Shown here: positions 46,207-58,075 of the stretch, one piece after another | Position numbering within the stretch: position 1 is the stretch's first letter | Layout: every line of letters begins with the position of its first letter | Assembly: GCA_977017575.1 (NCBI GenBank) | Contig: CDRNVI010000014.1 | Location: 186,001-250,000, forward strand | Source of the DNA: Paramoeba atlantica | Lineage: Eukaryota > Protista > Discosea | Direction: 5' to 3' | DNA length: 64,000 nucleotides | Notes under the pieces: generated by a model | The model's database searches: none | Told to the model about the DNA's origin: nothing | The model's input: the letters and a program-made list of their open reading frames with translations, nothing else | Made by a program: the position numbers and the translations under genes

Positions 46207-47145
46207 TCAACTTTCCTCCTCAGAGGAGATCTCACTCCCAGAATCCCTCCAGTAAGAAAAACTTTGCAAACGTTGATTTTTCGCTGGTGCTTGTGTTATA
46301 TTTTTCATTGCACCAGTCTTTGTGTATGCTTTATCAAGAAAGCAAGCCAGATCATTAGGGCAGAGAGGATTTCTTTCAGCCGGAGAGGAAGTAGGTTCCT
46401 GCGAAAATATATTCGTTTCGTCGAACTTGGAATCGCTGCGTGCTAATGCTGTATTTTTCGATAATAAATTATTATCTTCCATTTGAGGCGCTGTAGATTT
46501 GTTGGTCACCTGAGCGGCTCGATGCCGGGCTTGAAGCGACGCTATTGCATTGGTGTTTCTTCCGGACTGTAAAGTCAAACTCCTCGCCATATCTTCCGAA
46601 AGTGAATCTGCGCTCTGCGAGTTTCCAGGTGCCTCCTTTGGACCTCCCAAACTGACACTTTGATTGAGCAAATCCAAATGAACCTGGTATGTACCAAATT
46701 CCTTTTGAAATGCCGCAACATCTTCTCTCCTGTCTTTTTCCTTTGCCATTGCAATTGTACGGTCTTCTTCCGAGAGCCACTCGCTTCCCCGAGCATGAAT
46801 CTCGTAGTAGTCACTTTGGTCGTCGACAACAGACATGCGTTGTTCATTCTGGGAGGCATAGTGCAGCAAGCGGTCTCTTTCCTGTATCGCCCTGTCATGG
46901 GCGGACGTGCCTTCTACTCCCAATTTAGAGAATTCTATATCTATGCTGTCTTCCTCATTTGGCATAAATGTGTTCCAGTCTTTGTGACAAAAGGTGCACG
47001 TGGGAAAACTGGATTCCAACTCACACGCCAACTTTCCACAGTTGACACAGTTTAGCCAAAAGGTGTGTTCCGTGCCAGCACACTCACAAATTTGTGGTTC
47101 CCGTGAAGACTTAGCGCTTTTCCCGCGCGATTTAACTTTTGTCAT
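46207..47145 (-). CDS. TRIP4: ASC-1/TRIP4 (Rqt4)-like C2HC5 zinc-finger protein
   Basis: CECAGTEH...NCVNCGKLAC......TCTFC followed by A...RDRLL.Y......+.VVDDQSDYY. Confidence 0.8.
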   Translation of the reverse strand: MTKVKSRGKSAKSSREPQICECAGTEHTFWLNCVNCGKLACELESSFPTCTFCHKDWNTFMPNEEDSIDIEFSKLGVEGTSAHDRAIQERDRLLHYASQNEQRMSVVDDQSDYYEIHARGSEWLSEEDRTIAMAKEKDRREDVAAFQKEFGTYQVHLDLLNQSVSLGGPKEAPGNSQSADSLSEDMARSLTLQSGRNTNAIASLQARHRAAQVTNKSTAPQMEDNNLLSKNTALARSDSKFDETNIFSQEPTSSPAERNPLCPNDLACFLDKAYTKTGAMKNITQAPAKNQRLQSFSYWRDSGSEISSEEES

Positions 47146-47617
47146 TTTCTGACCGAAAACTTGCTCAACAGGAAGGTCAGAGACTTATACCGCATATTCA
47201 TACATGAACGTATAATTCATACATGCACATTCTACGAGAAAAAATACGCAATTCAAAGAAAATTCACAAGGAAGAAATAAACGCTGAAAAGTGTCATATT
47301 CTTTCACGTGGATGTATGATTGTAGACCTTAAGATGCTCGTGACGAGACAATCACACGATGAACAAGATAGTGCATGAAAATATCTAGCAAAAAAAGCTC
47401 GTATAGCAAAGGTCAGTACACCCCATGATAAACAAATCTGACAATATCTGCTATGGGGAAGCGCATGTCTCCGTCAAATAGTATTTGTTTTAAAACTGCA
47501 GGTATTTAAAGTATATTTTGCAAATAGATTTGAATATTTACGTGTTTGCGTAGAAATTTCAAAACACAAAAAACATATTATTTACAAGGTTCGATATTCG
47601 TCCACCTCTCACCGAGT

Positions 47618-47962
47618 TTACTCCTCGACTGCATCGGGTAGGTTGCAGTAGATTGACTCCACTGTGGGCCCCATCTCGTCTCCCCACTTCACCCCTTCGG
47701 GGAAATTGGTGTGCCAACCCTTGTGGATGTCATATCGCCACATGTTTCGTCCCGTCAGAGTGTGCATGTGACCGGTGCGGTACAAGTTCCAACACAACCC
47801 GATAGAAACCACAGCGAAGGCATAAGGGAACCAGTTTACAGGATATTTCCGATGCATATAATCTGTGTAGCTGCGGATGGGAGTTCGATGGAGGAGGGAG
47901 GAGGTTTGTGACGTCGTATGAGAAAGACGCGACATTGCGTTTCGTGCCCCGTGAGCCATCAT
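47618..47962 (-). CDS. Small putative mitochondrial single-pass membrane protein
   Basis: From the internal Met: Arg/Ser-rich acid-free N-terminus (MMAHGARNAMSRLSHTTSQ...), one hydrophobic segment WFPYAFAVVSIGLCW, aromatic-rich C-terminus. No family recognised. Confidence 0.55.
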   Translation of the reverse strand: MMAHGARNAMSRLSHTTSQTSSLLHRTPIRSYTDYMHRKYPVNWFPYAFAVVSIGLCWNLYRTGHMHTLTGRNMWRYDIHKGWHTNFPEGVKWGDEMGPTVESIYCNLPDAVEE

Positions 47963-48352
47963 GAGCAAGGTCAATGAAGTGATTGACGAGTGAGGGGGGC
48001 TATTGATAAAGAGAAAATAGGAGGAAAAATCCTTGTAAAGTTGCAATAAACTTAGGTAATTACATTATCGATTACATCGAACATAACTTATTTTCAGTGC
48101 TTCAATTTTAATAAAATTTTAATAAAATGCTGCAATAAAGTCGCCTGAAGGCCTTGTTTAAACAGCGCCTTCCCGCTTTCCATAAGACACAAGTTACGTA
48201 GATCCAATTTCACTCAATTTTCAATATTTGGAGCTCATTTTTTTATAGATCTTTAACCCTGTTGCGAAACTCTCCACACCGTAGCCGCGTATCAAAAATA
48301 AATTCAAAATTCGGGTCTGATAGCGCCCCTTGTCTACAATTTCACCTGGCAC

Positions 48353-50062
48353 CTACTCCAGCTCATCCCTTCCCGTCCCTGGCGCGATTTTAGGTCCTCC
48401 AGCCGGCTTAGACATTATAATTTGATCAATCTGTAACACGGTCACGGCGGCGTCCGTCGCGAGCTGCAATGCCCAGTGCTTCAACGCGAAAGGCTCCACG
48501 ACCCCTTGCTTTAACGCATCCATCGTCTCCCCGGTGGCTAAATCCAAACCATGGAACACACCTCGAGCCATATCCTCCTCCTCTCCTTCCGCTACTTCCT
48601 TTTTTGCCACCTCACACAACTCCGTCTCCACATCCACACCACTTTGGTAATGCTTTGCGGAGAGTGCCATCAATGCCTGTGTCGGGGGAAACCCCGAGAC
48701 CTCCGCCAGGGTGCGGGGGATCACACTCAGCGCCTCCGCAAACTCCTTCAGGGCGTACTGTGCCAGCCCGGGAGTAGCATCCGCCACCGCCGCGAGCCGT
48801 CGCGTGAGCTCCACCTCAAACGCTCCCGCCCCCGCCACCACACGCGGATCCTTTGTCAGTGTCTTGTACACATTAATCCCATCCTCCAGCGCACGCTCCA
48901 GGGCCGTACGATACGTCGAGGTACTCCCACGAAGCACAATCGTACTCACCCTGGAATCCCGCGCGGTTTGCTCAAACACCACCAACGAGCTCCCCCCAAT
49001 CTCCCGCTGCTCCACCACATCACACCGCCCCAACTCCTCCGGGGAGGGCACCGTAAACCGTGCCAACGCCACCGCCTCCACCGCCACACACAACCGCCGA
49101 AGCTCAAACCTACTCCCCACCTTCACCCCCATCATCCCGTGCCGCTCCATGAAATGAACCGCCAGGTCACTGAAACTCGCACTGGAGACCACCACCCCCA
49201 CCCCCGCCTGTGCCAGCGCCGCGATCTTCCCCCCCAGCACCGTCTCCTCCTCCCTCGAGTACGACAGCAGCCGTGCCGCACTCCCCAGCCGCACCGTCCC
49301 CTTCGTCTCGGTGCCCGCAATGTCCACCGCGCAGTGGTACACCACCACCTTGGGGGCGTGGAGCCCTTTCGTGGTGGTAACAACCCCGTGGGGAGGGGGG
49401 AGCACCAGGCCGTGGACCACCGTGCTGCCGGTGGCATGGCCCCCCTCGACGTGGACGACGCGCACGTTGTCGACGTTGAAGTCCGCGGGGTTGTGGGGGG
49501 CGGCGTTGATGCAGGCGGTGGCGCAGAGGGTGGCGAAGAAGGTGGAGAGGGGGCCGAGGCCGACCTTGGGGGCCACGGCGGTGCGGAGCGCGGGGAGGAG
49601 GGTGGGGAGGTGGTGGAGGTCGGGGAGGGTGTGGGCGACGAGGGCGGGGAGGCGGGGGGCGGCGGCGGAGAGGGCGGTGCGGTAGCCGTCGAGGATGTCG
49701 GCGGGGTGGAGACCGTGGCGGAGGAGGGCGCGGGCCCGGGTGAGGAGTTCCCCGGCGAGGGTGAGAACGGTGTTGGTGCCGTCCCCGACTTCCTCGTCCA
49801 TGGATTTGGAGGCCATGGCGAGGAGGTTGGCGGCGGGGTGCTCGATGTCGAGTTCGGCCATCATGACGGCGGCGTCGTGGGTGACGAAAAGTTTGGAGAG
49901 GTGGTTGATGATGAGTTTGGAGAGACCGTGGGGGCCGAGAGAGGAGCGGGTGAGGCGGGAGAGCTCGGTGCACGCGGCAATGTTTTTCTGCAGCGGTTTC
50001 TCCTGGTGCGTGGTGCCCTCCTTGAGCATGGAGGGGAGGCCTTGGTTACGGAGGAATGACAT
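48353..50062 (-). CDS. CCT8: T-complex protein 1 subunit theta (CCT-theta)
   Basis: GLPSMLKEG start, TRSSLGPHGLSKL, VGDGTN ATP-binding motif, DNVRV, ELRRLC, STIVLRG, VAGAGAFE, IDQIIMSKPAGGPK end. Confidence 0.97.
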   Translation of the reverse strand: MSFLRNQGLPSMLKEGTTHQEKPLQKNIAACTELSRLTRSSLGPHGLSKLIINHLSKLFVTHDAAVMMAELDIEHPAANLLAMASKSMDEEVGDGTNTVLTLAGELLTRARALLRHGLHPADILDGYRTALSAAAPRLPALVAHTLPDLHHLPTLLPALRTAVAPKVGLGPLSTFFATLCATACINAAPHNPADFNVDNVRVVHVEGGHATGSTVVHGLVLPPPHGVVTTTKGLHAPKVVVYHCAVDIAGTETKGTVRLGSAARLLSYSREEETVLGGKIAALAQAGVGVVVSSASFSDLAVHFMERHGMMGVKVGSRFELRRLCVAVEAVALARFTVPSPEELGRCDVVEQREIGGSSLVVFEQTARDSRVSTIVLRGSTSTYRTALERALEDGINVYKTLTKDPRVVAGAGAFEVELTRRLAAVADATPGLAQYALKEFAEALSVIPRTLAEVSGFPPTQALMALSAKHYQSGVDVETELCEVAKKEVAEGEEEDMARGVFHGLDLATGETMDALKQGVVEPFALKHWALQLATDAAVTVLQIDQIIMSKPAGGPKIAPGTGRDELE

Positions 50063-50843
50063 GGGAGAATGGGTAAGATGGACAATAAAATTTTAAGCAC
50101 TAATTAGTTGAATATTCTGTGCTGTTGTATAAATAGTGAACAGTAAACTGTATTTACTATTCTGCTGTATTATTCTGTGCTACTGTATTATTCTTTGCTA
50201 TTACACAGATGCTGCGAATGGTGGTATTCAACGATATGTACCCCCTACTGGCCTTGCATTTTTCTTGTATTTTTGGAAATATTTATACCTTACCACCGTG
50301 TTTCCTAACATAGCGAGGGTATGTAGCTCTGGATTATCTTATCCCGTGCACAAATGAAACCCCACCTTTTCTTATCCAACGCACTAACATTTTTGTACAT
50401 CCAGTGCACCAAAAAAGAAAAAAAATGACGTCCCATTCCCTGTGCGAAACCTTGGTAGCGGCATTGATAGGTGGGCGCGGTTTGAGGTACTACCGTAGAC
50501 CCCTCCAGCAATAGACCCCCCCCAGTAACAAGGATTTGACCATTTTTTGGCTGATCCCAGTAACAAGGATTCGCAACAAGGTCGTTGGAGGGGGGGGGTG
50601 TTTGGGCGGGTGAGGGTGGCTGGGCGGGGTGAGGGCGGTTGAGGGGGAGCGAATGGCGTGGTTGCGTGGTTGGATGGGCGGAAAATCAACGCTCATGAAC
50701 AAAAAAGGTCCTTTTTCACCCAAAAAGCATACCCCCCCAGTAACAAGGATTTGGCCATTTCGACCCAAAATCGATTCTATTACTGGGGGGGTTTAACTCC
50801 TCCCAGTACAGGGGTAGCCCTCACCTTCGCTTGCTTGGCCCTT

Positions 50844-52437
50844 TCAAATTCGTCTAGCACGGCAGGAACAAGAGAATTTAGGGCGTTTTGTTTCCTGAAA
50901 GCTTTCATCCGACATAAAATGTGCAATTAGAGATTCACCACATTCCCCCGAGAATTGACGTAACGTTTTTAAGCAACCTATCAAGGTGTTGACAACTTTC
51001 GCTTTCTCTGTTGTGCCCATACTTTGATCATCAAGAAGACCTCTGTACCAATCTAACTCTTGCTTGGCCCGCTGGACACCTTTGTCATATTCCAAAAGCC
51101 GGACTTCCAGAGCGACGCCTTTGTACTGCCCTCTTCTTGAAGAAGTTGTTACTCCACCCCAGAAAGCGTTCGTAAAGGACGCGCAATTTAAATAGTGGAG
51201 TAGTTACCCAGGGAGAGAGTGCAGTTTTCGCGACGTTGTTTAGGAAGTGACCGACGCATGGGATGAGAGTTATGTGCGGTATCAACCGTATTCCATCATG
51301 GGCGATCCGTAAAACTTCACTGTTAATGGCGTTATTTAAATTGATCCAATCTTGGTTCCCCAGAATGCCCAGTCGCAAGTAGAGTTCTCGCAATTCATTC
51401 TCAGCCTCGTCCCGCGCTACGTGGTTAACGGCGGCACCGTCTACAATTATATAGGCCCACTTCAGAAGACGTTGAATGCCGAGGTGTCGTCGCAGATCAT
51501 GTACAATCGACGTTCCAATTTCCTGACCATTGAATGCACCGTGCCTGTTGTGGTACATTGGAGGTAATACCCAGTGGTCAGGTCCAGCATAAAGCACGAC
51601 TACCATAATGTGTTCACCTAGCAGTTGATCAGTACCGCCGTCCATAGCAATGCCGAAAATTTCGGAATCATCAATACTGTTCTTAATTTTACCCCACAGA
51701 TCACGTGCAAGTAAGTCTACGTCATTCTCTAAATCCTCCGATGTTCTGGGGGCACCTTTGCCCATGGCTTCGATGGGAATATTCGGCGGAAGACGGTGGC
51801 GCCATTCCTCCATTTTTCCAATGACGAACGCTGCGACGGAGAGCGGAATATTTGTTGATGCTATTATGGAAGGCACGATATGATGCCAATATTCATGGAC
51901 TGATACTTCCTTTGAACTTGTTTTGTTATCGGCTATTAATCCCAAGCATGACCGATTTATGTGCATATTATACTGGGATTCACAATGCGAATGAAAAATT
52001 TCGTCGCACTTTTTGCACCTTAAATGAATTAGGTGATGCGAGCTATCTCGTAAGGCTAGATCTTCATGCCTATTCCGAACTTCGGCACTTTTGCAAAGGT
52101 CTGAATCGGTGCACACTTCATCGATGAAATTTTTATTTATCCACGCCTTTTTTAAGATACTGTTTCCCCCATGAACACGCTTCGGTGTTCTCCGTTGAGA
52201 GTTAATTGGGCTGGATGCGTCCAGGGCGGATTGGCTCGCAGCCTCACTTCGGCGCTGCGCCAAGGTCGCGACGGCCTGTCTCCGGGCGGCAGCAGTATCC
52301 AGTCTTTCCTCCTCCCCACCTACGTTCGCCTCTCCAGTGGGCAACTGCGACGATAATCCTGTACTATCCGGTGCAGCCGGAGACATGTGTGGCGGTACAT
52401 TCCTTAAGAGATTTATAGAATGAATGGACGTCTGCAA
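50844..52437 (-). pseudogene. hAT-family transposase, frameshifted and truncated
   Basis: BED-like CKKC...H...C, then IAMDGGTD, IIVDGAAVN and the CxxH motif IPCVGHFLNNVAK; frame breaks near 51090; C-terminal Glu region not found. Confidence 0.7.
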
Positions 52438-53176
52438 TAGACGTTTATGCCATTAAAAAATAACTTACTAATAGCATCTACATTCTAACCTTCAGGACAA
52501 TTTCGTGTCACCCAATAAACTGCCACCAGGAATAATCCTTGTAGTTTGGTTCAATTGGTTCAGTTGGTTCAGTCGTGGTTCATTGAACCAAAAGGTATGG
52601 TTTACGGTATGTGAATCTGTCTTACCTGTGGGCGATTGCTTTGAATTATTGACTACATTGTTTCGCTGAGAAGTTCGGGGGGAGTAGGACAGGTTCACCG
52701 TCGATGCTAGTTCAAATGTTGTCGCGAATCAATATTTGTCTGAGTTACGTTCCTATGCTGATGAAATCATTGGAGGAACAACTGTGCCGCTAGAGTTGAG
52801 AGGCAGTGAATACTCCCATCATGACGGTGCTCAGACCTATTTCCTGCGAGGTTCATAGAATGTTTTGAGAGTAGCGTTAGGCGTCAACAATGGAGTGCCT
52901 GCAGTTACCGACTGCCACCCAATTTTACCCAGTGCTACGCATAAGACCCATCTTGGATGAGGATGGAAGGTGGTGAGGAGGACCCCTCTTGGAAAGGGGC
53001 GGCTTCAAACCTTACTTTTCACACCAACTAGCCCAAAATGGGAAACAACAGATTCAATGATGAGTCCTGAGCTGCTTTCGTATCTTCACATTTTGCACCT
53101 GTTGCTGGGCAGGAAAACATTTGAGTGCCAAGTTTGGCCCGAGGAGTCATGAATGGTTTTCTTATGTGAGAAGAGT

Positions 53177-53294
53177 GCAGGGGGGAAATTAAGTTGTATC
53201 AACAAAAGTCGTGTTAATTTCTGGGATTAACACGACTTTCGTTGACACAACTTTTGTTGCCTCGACTTTTATTGACATAACTCCCCCCCCCCTG
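53177..53294. repeat. Small hairpin MITE
   Basis: CAGGGGG-type ends; internal perfect 14-bp stem AAAGTCGTGTTAAT / ATTAACACGACTTT with a 7-nt loop. Confidence 0.6.
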
Positions 53295-54112
53295 TATACA
53301 GTCGTCGTATGACGCTCCTCTCTCACATTTGACAAATTCTCACAGGCTTTCTTTTGATGAATGGCAAAGCGAAACAATGAATAAAAAGTGGCTCTCCGAA
53401 CAAACAGTGAAAGGTTTCACTACTGGTCCAAACTTACAACTACAAAAAAGATGGAAATGCAGGCATGGTATTTTTAATGTGAGCTTAAGAGATGAAGATT
53501 TTAATTGGATGGCGACGAAAGGACTTGTTTCAGTTCCTGGTGAGCCTACCATGAACAATCTCATTTTACAATATCCTCGCGGATGTTTATTGCTTATTGT
53601 TTTTGGAACGATTTTGTTGTCAATGACAAATTTCCATGTATGACTCGAGCGGGACGAAAGATAGTAGGACGCTCCGTCACTTCTGAAGCGCCCCGCTAGC
53701 GTATCTTCAGCTCAGCCTCTTTTATTCATCGCAACTTGCGCTCCCAACTGCGACAAGAACTTGTCGAAGCAGAGACAATCGTCCGTAGTGCAAAAGTGAA
53801 AAGGATGGAATCTCCTGTCGGAAGTTCTTCAAGCATACCCGATGCAGCTCCTACTGATTCGGAACCTGAAGACTTTCAACAGTACGCCCAGTGTTTTAAA
53901 GATGATTTGCTCAGAGAATGCGAGGTAGAACTTCTCTACCTCTATTTCTGTATGCGAATCAGTTCCTCAAAGGAATGTAAATTGTATTACAATCGGCAAA
54001 CTTATTACATTCCAAAGGTCGTGCGGTATGGGAAAACAAATTGAAGGGCCATTCTCGTGTGACCGAAAAGTCATCGTGTGACTCTGTCACACATGGGGAG
54101 GCGACTCAGTCG

Positions 54113-54810
54113 TTAACGCACCCGACTATGAATCCAAAGGCCATGTGTTCCAGTTGCGGGTGCGCCAGTTTCCCTGGCGGCCCAGAACCCACACCCAGTA
54201 CGGCCGAGTAAGGGCCCAGACCCACCGAACGGGCCCGGAGGATCGACCCGAAGCCTCCCGCAGGGAACCAGGGAGATCCCGCACCCCATGTTAAACCCGT
54301 CGGCGCCGCCTTGGACAAGCGAAAACTGAGGAGTTCGGATCTCGCACCCCAACCGTCTGTGAAGGGCCTGGCGTGTCACCCTTGAAAAGGGGGTGGCAGC
54401 TTCCCAGAGGGGGTACAACTTTATGAGGGAGCGAGCGGCCAGCTGGGGCATCCCAGTGTCCTTCATTTGTGTGTGACTCTTCATTCATGTGTGACTCTGT
54501 TCATATTTAACGAAGAAGTGTAAAGAGGGAGTGAAGAAAGATGTAAAAAAAAGTTTTTTTACTATTTTTTTTGGTTCCCTCCCTAAACCCCCTCGCCCAG
54601 CTAACCTCATATCCCGCAGCGGTATCAGTCTTGTACCGCCGCCTGTACAATCTGGGCCTTCCCACTCTGGACGGCCACCCCGATGGCCATGAAGTGGGAC
54701 ATGCATCCATTCTTGTCGGATGTGTGGGCCCGGACCACCTTGGTTAGGAAGTTCAAGGTCTCTGGGCCCGGGATCCCGTACGTGGTGAAGGCCTTGGGAT
54801 GAAATTCCAT
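54113..54810 (-). pseudogene. Degenerate CRE-like retrotransposon endonuclease fragments
   Basis: FHPKAFTTYGIPGPETLNFL...IGVAVQSGKAQIV resembles the RLE C-terminal pattern F.P.A.ET.G..G..A..FL...+.VA+Q..NA; RRLG fragment further along. May continue beyond the hAT insertion to about 56600. Confidence 0.5.
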
Positions 54811-54835
54811 CCCTCGAGCGCTCCTAAGATAGAAG

Positions 54836-55903
54836 CAGGGTTCGCAGAAACTATAAAACTATCAATATAGTACTATATAGTTACTATAAACTTTTTTCGA
54901 AAACTATAAAAAACTATATTTTTTTGTTTCACATTTTAAGCACTCCGAAGCTCACCAACACGCCATAAATACACGGCGAATTCATTTGTGTACGATTTTT
55001 CTTATTTTTAAACCCGAAAATTGATGCCCGAAACTAAAGTTACGAGGGGTAGTTTCTGCAAAGATTATTTTATTGAACTGCTGCACACGGAGGGAAGTAA
55101 ACAAGCGGTTGAATGTAACTTGTGTCAGGAGGGGACGTACCCCAGTCCCATCACGTGGCCTTGACAGATTGCCTTGTGCGAATCTTGCGTCCCGAACATC
55201 TTCTCACTGCATCGTTGTCGCCGTGCGTTGGCTGGAGCCACCGACGTTATGTCTTGGGACTGAATAATTGCTGCTCACAATTCTATGAGTTTGAATAAAT
55301 ACAATCATATGAGTCTGAATAAACTACGCGGTGTGTTGTCGAGTGGAGAGTTTGTACTTCCTATCGTCACTCCTTTCGCATGCGTTTCATTGCTATTTCC
55401 GAGGAGATGACACACTAGTTGATGATATTTTTCGGCGGTGATGGAATCGCGGGGAAGAGGGAGGATGTTTCGATAGCTATGTAACCCAAGATAAAGTGGA
55501 CGAGGGAGATTCTAAAAGCACATAACAAAAATAGAATGATATCTCCCGATTTGGAAAGGATTCCGACGTACCAAAAGAATCTTTAAGGGACATACCCTTC
55601 CATTTTTATGGTGGTTTGCCAAAGGTGCTTTTAGTATCTCCCTCGTCCACTTTAGCTTGGGTCACATTTTTTTCAGAATTTCTTGTCATATCATACGTAT
55701 GTAAGCGTGTAAGAACGCATGTAGAGGCGTGTGCATGTCCTTCACAAGCGGAGAGGACTCAAAAAATATCACTTGTAAGGTGAAAAAACCTTTATAGTTT
55801 TCTTATAGTTTTATAGTAAAATATAGTAAATATAGTACTATATAGTAACTATATTCAATGAAAAAAACTATATTTTACTATATTATAGTTTCTGCGAACC
55901 CTG
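54836..55903. mobile_element. hAT-type non-autonomous element (1068 bp)
   Basis: Perfect 21-bp TIR CAGGGTTCGCAGAAACTATAA; perfect 8-bp TSD GATAGAAG at 54828..54835 and 55904..55911. Confidence 0.92.
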
Positions 55904-56926
55904 GATAGAAGCATAATAATGACCTTTTTGGTATAATTATTTTGGAAAATTTAATAATATTTTGGAAAAGACGAATTCTCTTTCACTTTACCCAAGATTG
56001 GTTACGCTTCGATCGTAGAAAGTGTTACGGCAAAACTATTTTTTGGAACCTCTTCTGACGACCACATATGGGCGCACCGCAAACCAGGTTTTTAAAGTCT
56101 TATACGGCATCACATCTGGAAATAGCCGGTTACAGATCTCAACGGAGAGTGGATTTGGGGCAAAAGCGATCACTCGGCTGGTAACATGTTAGAATTAATC
56201 CTTATCCCATGACATGCGGCGTAGCGAGGCTGAGGGAACCGTGAGCTTTATGCAGGAGGAGATTTGCTTCTCGAAGGCTAAGTGGGGCGAAAATAATCGT
56301 GTACGTCGACTACGGGCCGATGGTTTGCAATGGGTAAATGTTGTCGTGAAGACCAATCGCTATAATAAGGTCGAACTCTCTCGCTGATCGTCGCGCAGTG
56401 CACCACTAATCCCGAAGTGTTAGACTTGGCAGTGGGCTCTAGGACCATCCTTTGAACGGATGGTTGGTGAGGAAGTGCTGCGTTGGGTGATGATTTGCGT
56501 CACGGAGTCGTGAATCATCGACGTCATTGGGTTGAATGAGAGACGGAAGTCCATATGCCGACAGTTGAGTTCATGAATGGGTTCATAAAAAGTACACACT
56601 CGTGGCACAAACATGCTTGGACGTGAAGACAAAGCCGCAACGCTGGCTTAAAGTCTAGCCGTGAGGTTGTCAACGGGAAATTAAAACGTGGAGAGCACTG
56701 CGGGCATCCTCTACGTAGACTCTTGATGGACGTGCAAGTGTACTGCAGATATGTAGAAGTTACTTTAGAGTGAAATGTTTTATAAAATGGGGAAGTTTAA
56801 GAAAAAGATAAAAATGCGCACTTCTGGGTCCTTTTAACGGAGAAGAGTGTCACAAAGACCGCATGCTTGTCCAAATAATTTTGTGTTCACAAATTGGTTT
56901 CCCTCGTTTGTACTTGTAGACCTAAA

Positions 56927-57727
56927 CTATGCCCCTACATCAACTAGGTTTGTCTCTAGGATTTCAAAATCAACAGACACAGGTAAAGAAGCTTTATTGT
57001 ACTCTCCACAAAGCTCAAGGTTCTTTGTAAGGTTCAGACCCTCCAAAGTGGAAGGCAGTAAATCTAACCCTGTTACCTTCTCCAGGCGATTTGATGCCAG
57101 ATCAAGAACTAATAAACCATGGGGAAGACGACTCAAATCGATACCACCTGAAAATAGGTTAGCGCTGAGGTCCAGATGCTCCAGTGATTGTGGTAATGTA
57201 GCAAGATTTAGAGACCCTACAAAGGAATTTTTGTATGCGCGAAATTGCAAAAGATCCGCGGGTAGCGTACCCAGCTCGAGTGTGCCATTAAACAAGTTTG
57301 AACCAAAACTCGCATCACTCACATCAGGTGGCATATTCTCTAGATCTAGTGTACCACTGAATATGTTGCCTCCCAAATCCAATTTGTCAAGTCCACGAGG
57401 TAGAAGGCTGAGTGGCACCACTCCCGTTAGCTCATTAACAAAGACATTTATTCGGCGTACAGACGAAGGTATGTGTCCCCATTGTAGAGTTCCTTGAAGG
57501 TTACGGAACCCCCAGTCAAGGTCTGTAGCAGCATCAGACATGGTAAGGTCGGTGCAACGAATTCCAGACCACTTACAGGCGGGAACATGAGAATTCCACG
57601 TGAAATCCGTATTTTTAAGATATTTTGTAAATAGTGCAAGTTCGATTTCTGGAGGGAAACAGGCACCACGAATCTTTCCTCGAGCAGAGCTACATTTTTT
57701 AACGTGAGTCAGTTGATCATCCGACAT
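56927..57727 (-). CDS. Leucine-rich repeat protein (family copy 5)
   Basis: GKIRGACFPPEIEL, WNSHVPACKWSGIRC cap, about 7 22-aa LRRs. Confidence 0.9.
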   Translation of the reverse strand: MSDDQLTHVKKCSSARGKIRGACFPPEIELALFTKYLKNTDFTWNSHVPACKWSGIRCTDLTMSDAATDLDWGFRNLQGTLQWGHIPSSVRRINVFVNELTGVVPLSLLPRGLDKLDLGGNIFSGTLDLENMPPDVSDASFGSNLFNGTLELGTLPADLLQFRAYKNSFVGSLNLATLPQSLEHLDLSANLFSGGIDLSRLPHGLLVLDLASNRLEKVTGLDLLPSTLEGLNLTKNLELCGEYNKASLPVSVDFEILETNLVDVGA

Positions 57728-58075
57728 TTTCTATTACGATTGAATGAAGTCCTACACAATCCGCTATCCTATTCCTTTGTACTACTACGTGCGATCTCAT
57801 CAATAAAATTCCCGAAGAAAATATTACCCAAGGTGTGACACACTTACTTGTATAGAGTTCGGTAGCGTATCGATACTGTATGAACAACACATGAACGATA
57901 AAAATGGGAAATTGAAAGCACGAATGGCTATTATTTCGGCCTCAGAAGATGAGCTGATGAAATACAAGTAAAAAAATTTAGTATTTGGAATGTCCTTCAA
58001 AAATTTTAATAAAGCGCCTAACGATCAATAATCCTCGACATTTTACTCACTATAAATTCTTTTTGTTGTATTTGT

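Noticed and set aside
48469-50100. Long alternative-frame ORFs over CCT8 (for example 48551..50059, 49167..49973)
   Set aside because: Stop-poor frames caused by the extreme G/C skew; low-complexity His/Pro/Arg/Gly translations.
50490-50815. Repeats of CCCCAGTAACAAGGATT with one inverted copy as a defined MITE
   Set aside because: Probably a decayed element, but the ends and TSD could not be fixed; its local C-rich then G-rich pattern was not counted as a third skew switch.
52492-54044. Short ORFs (52970, 53329, 53736 and others) as genes
   Set aside because: Under about 105 aa, no motifs, mostly on the non-gene strand, within TE debris.
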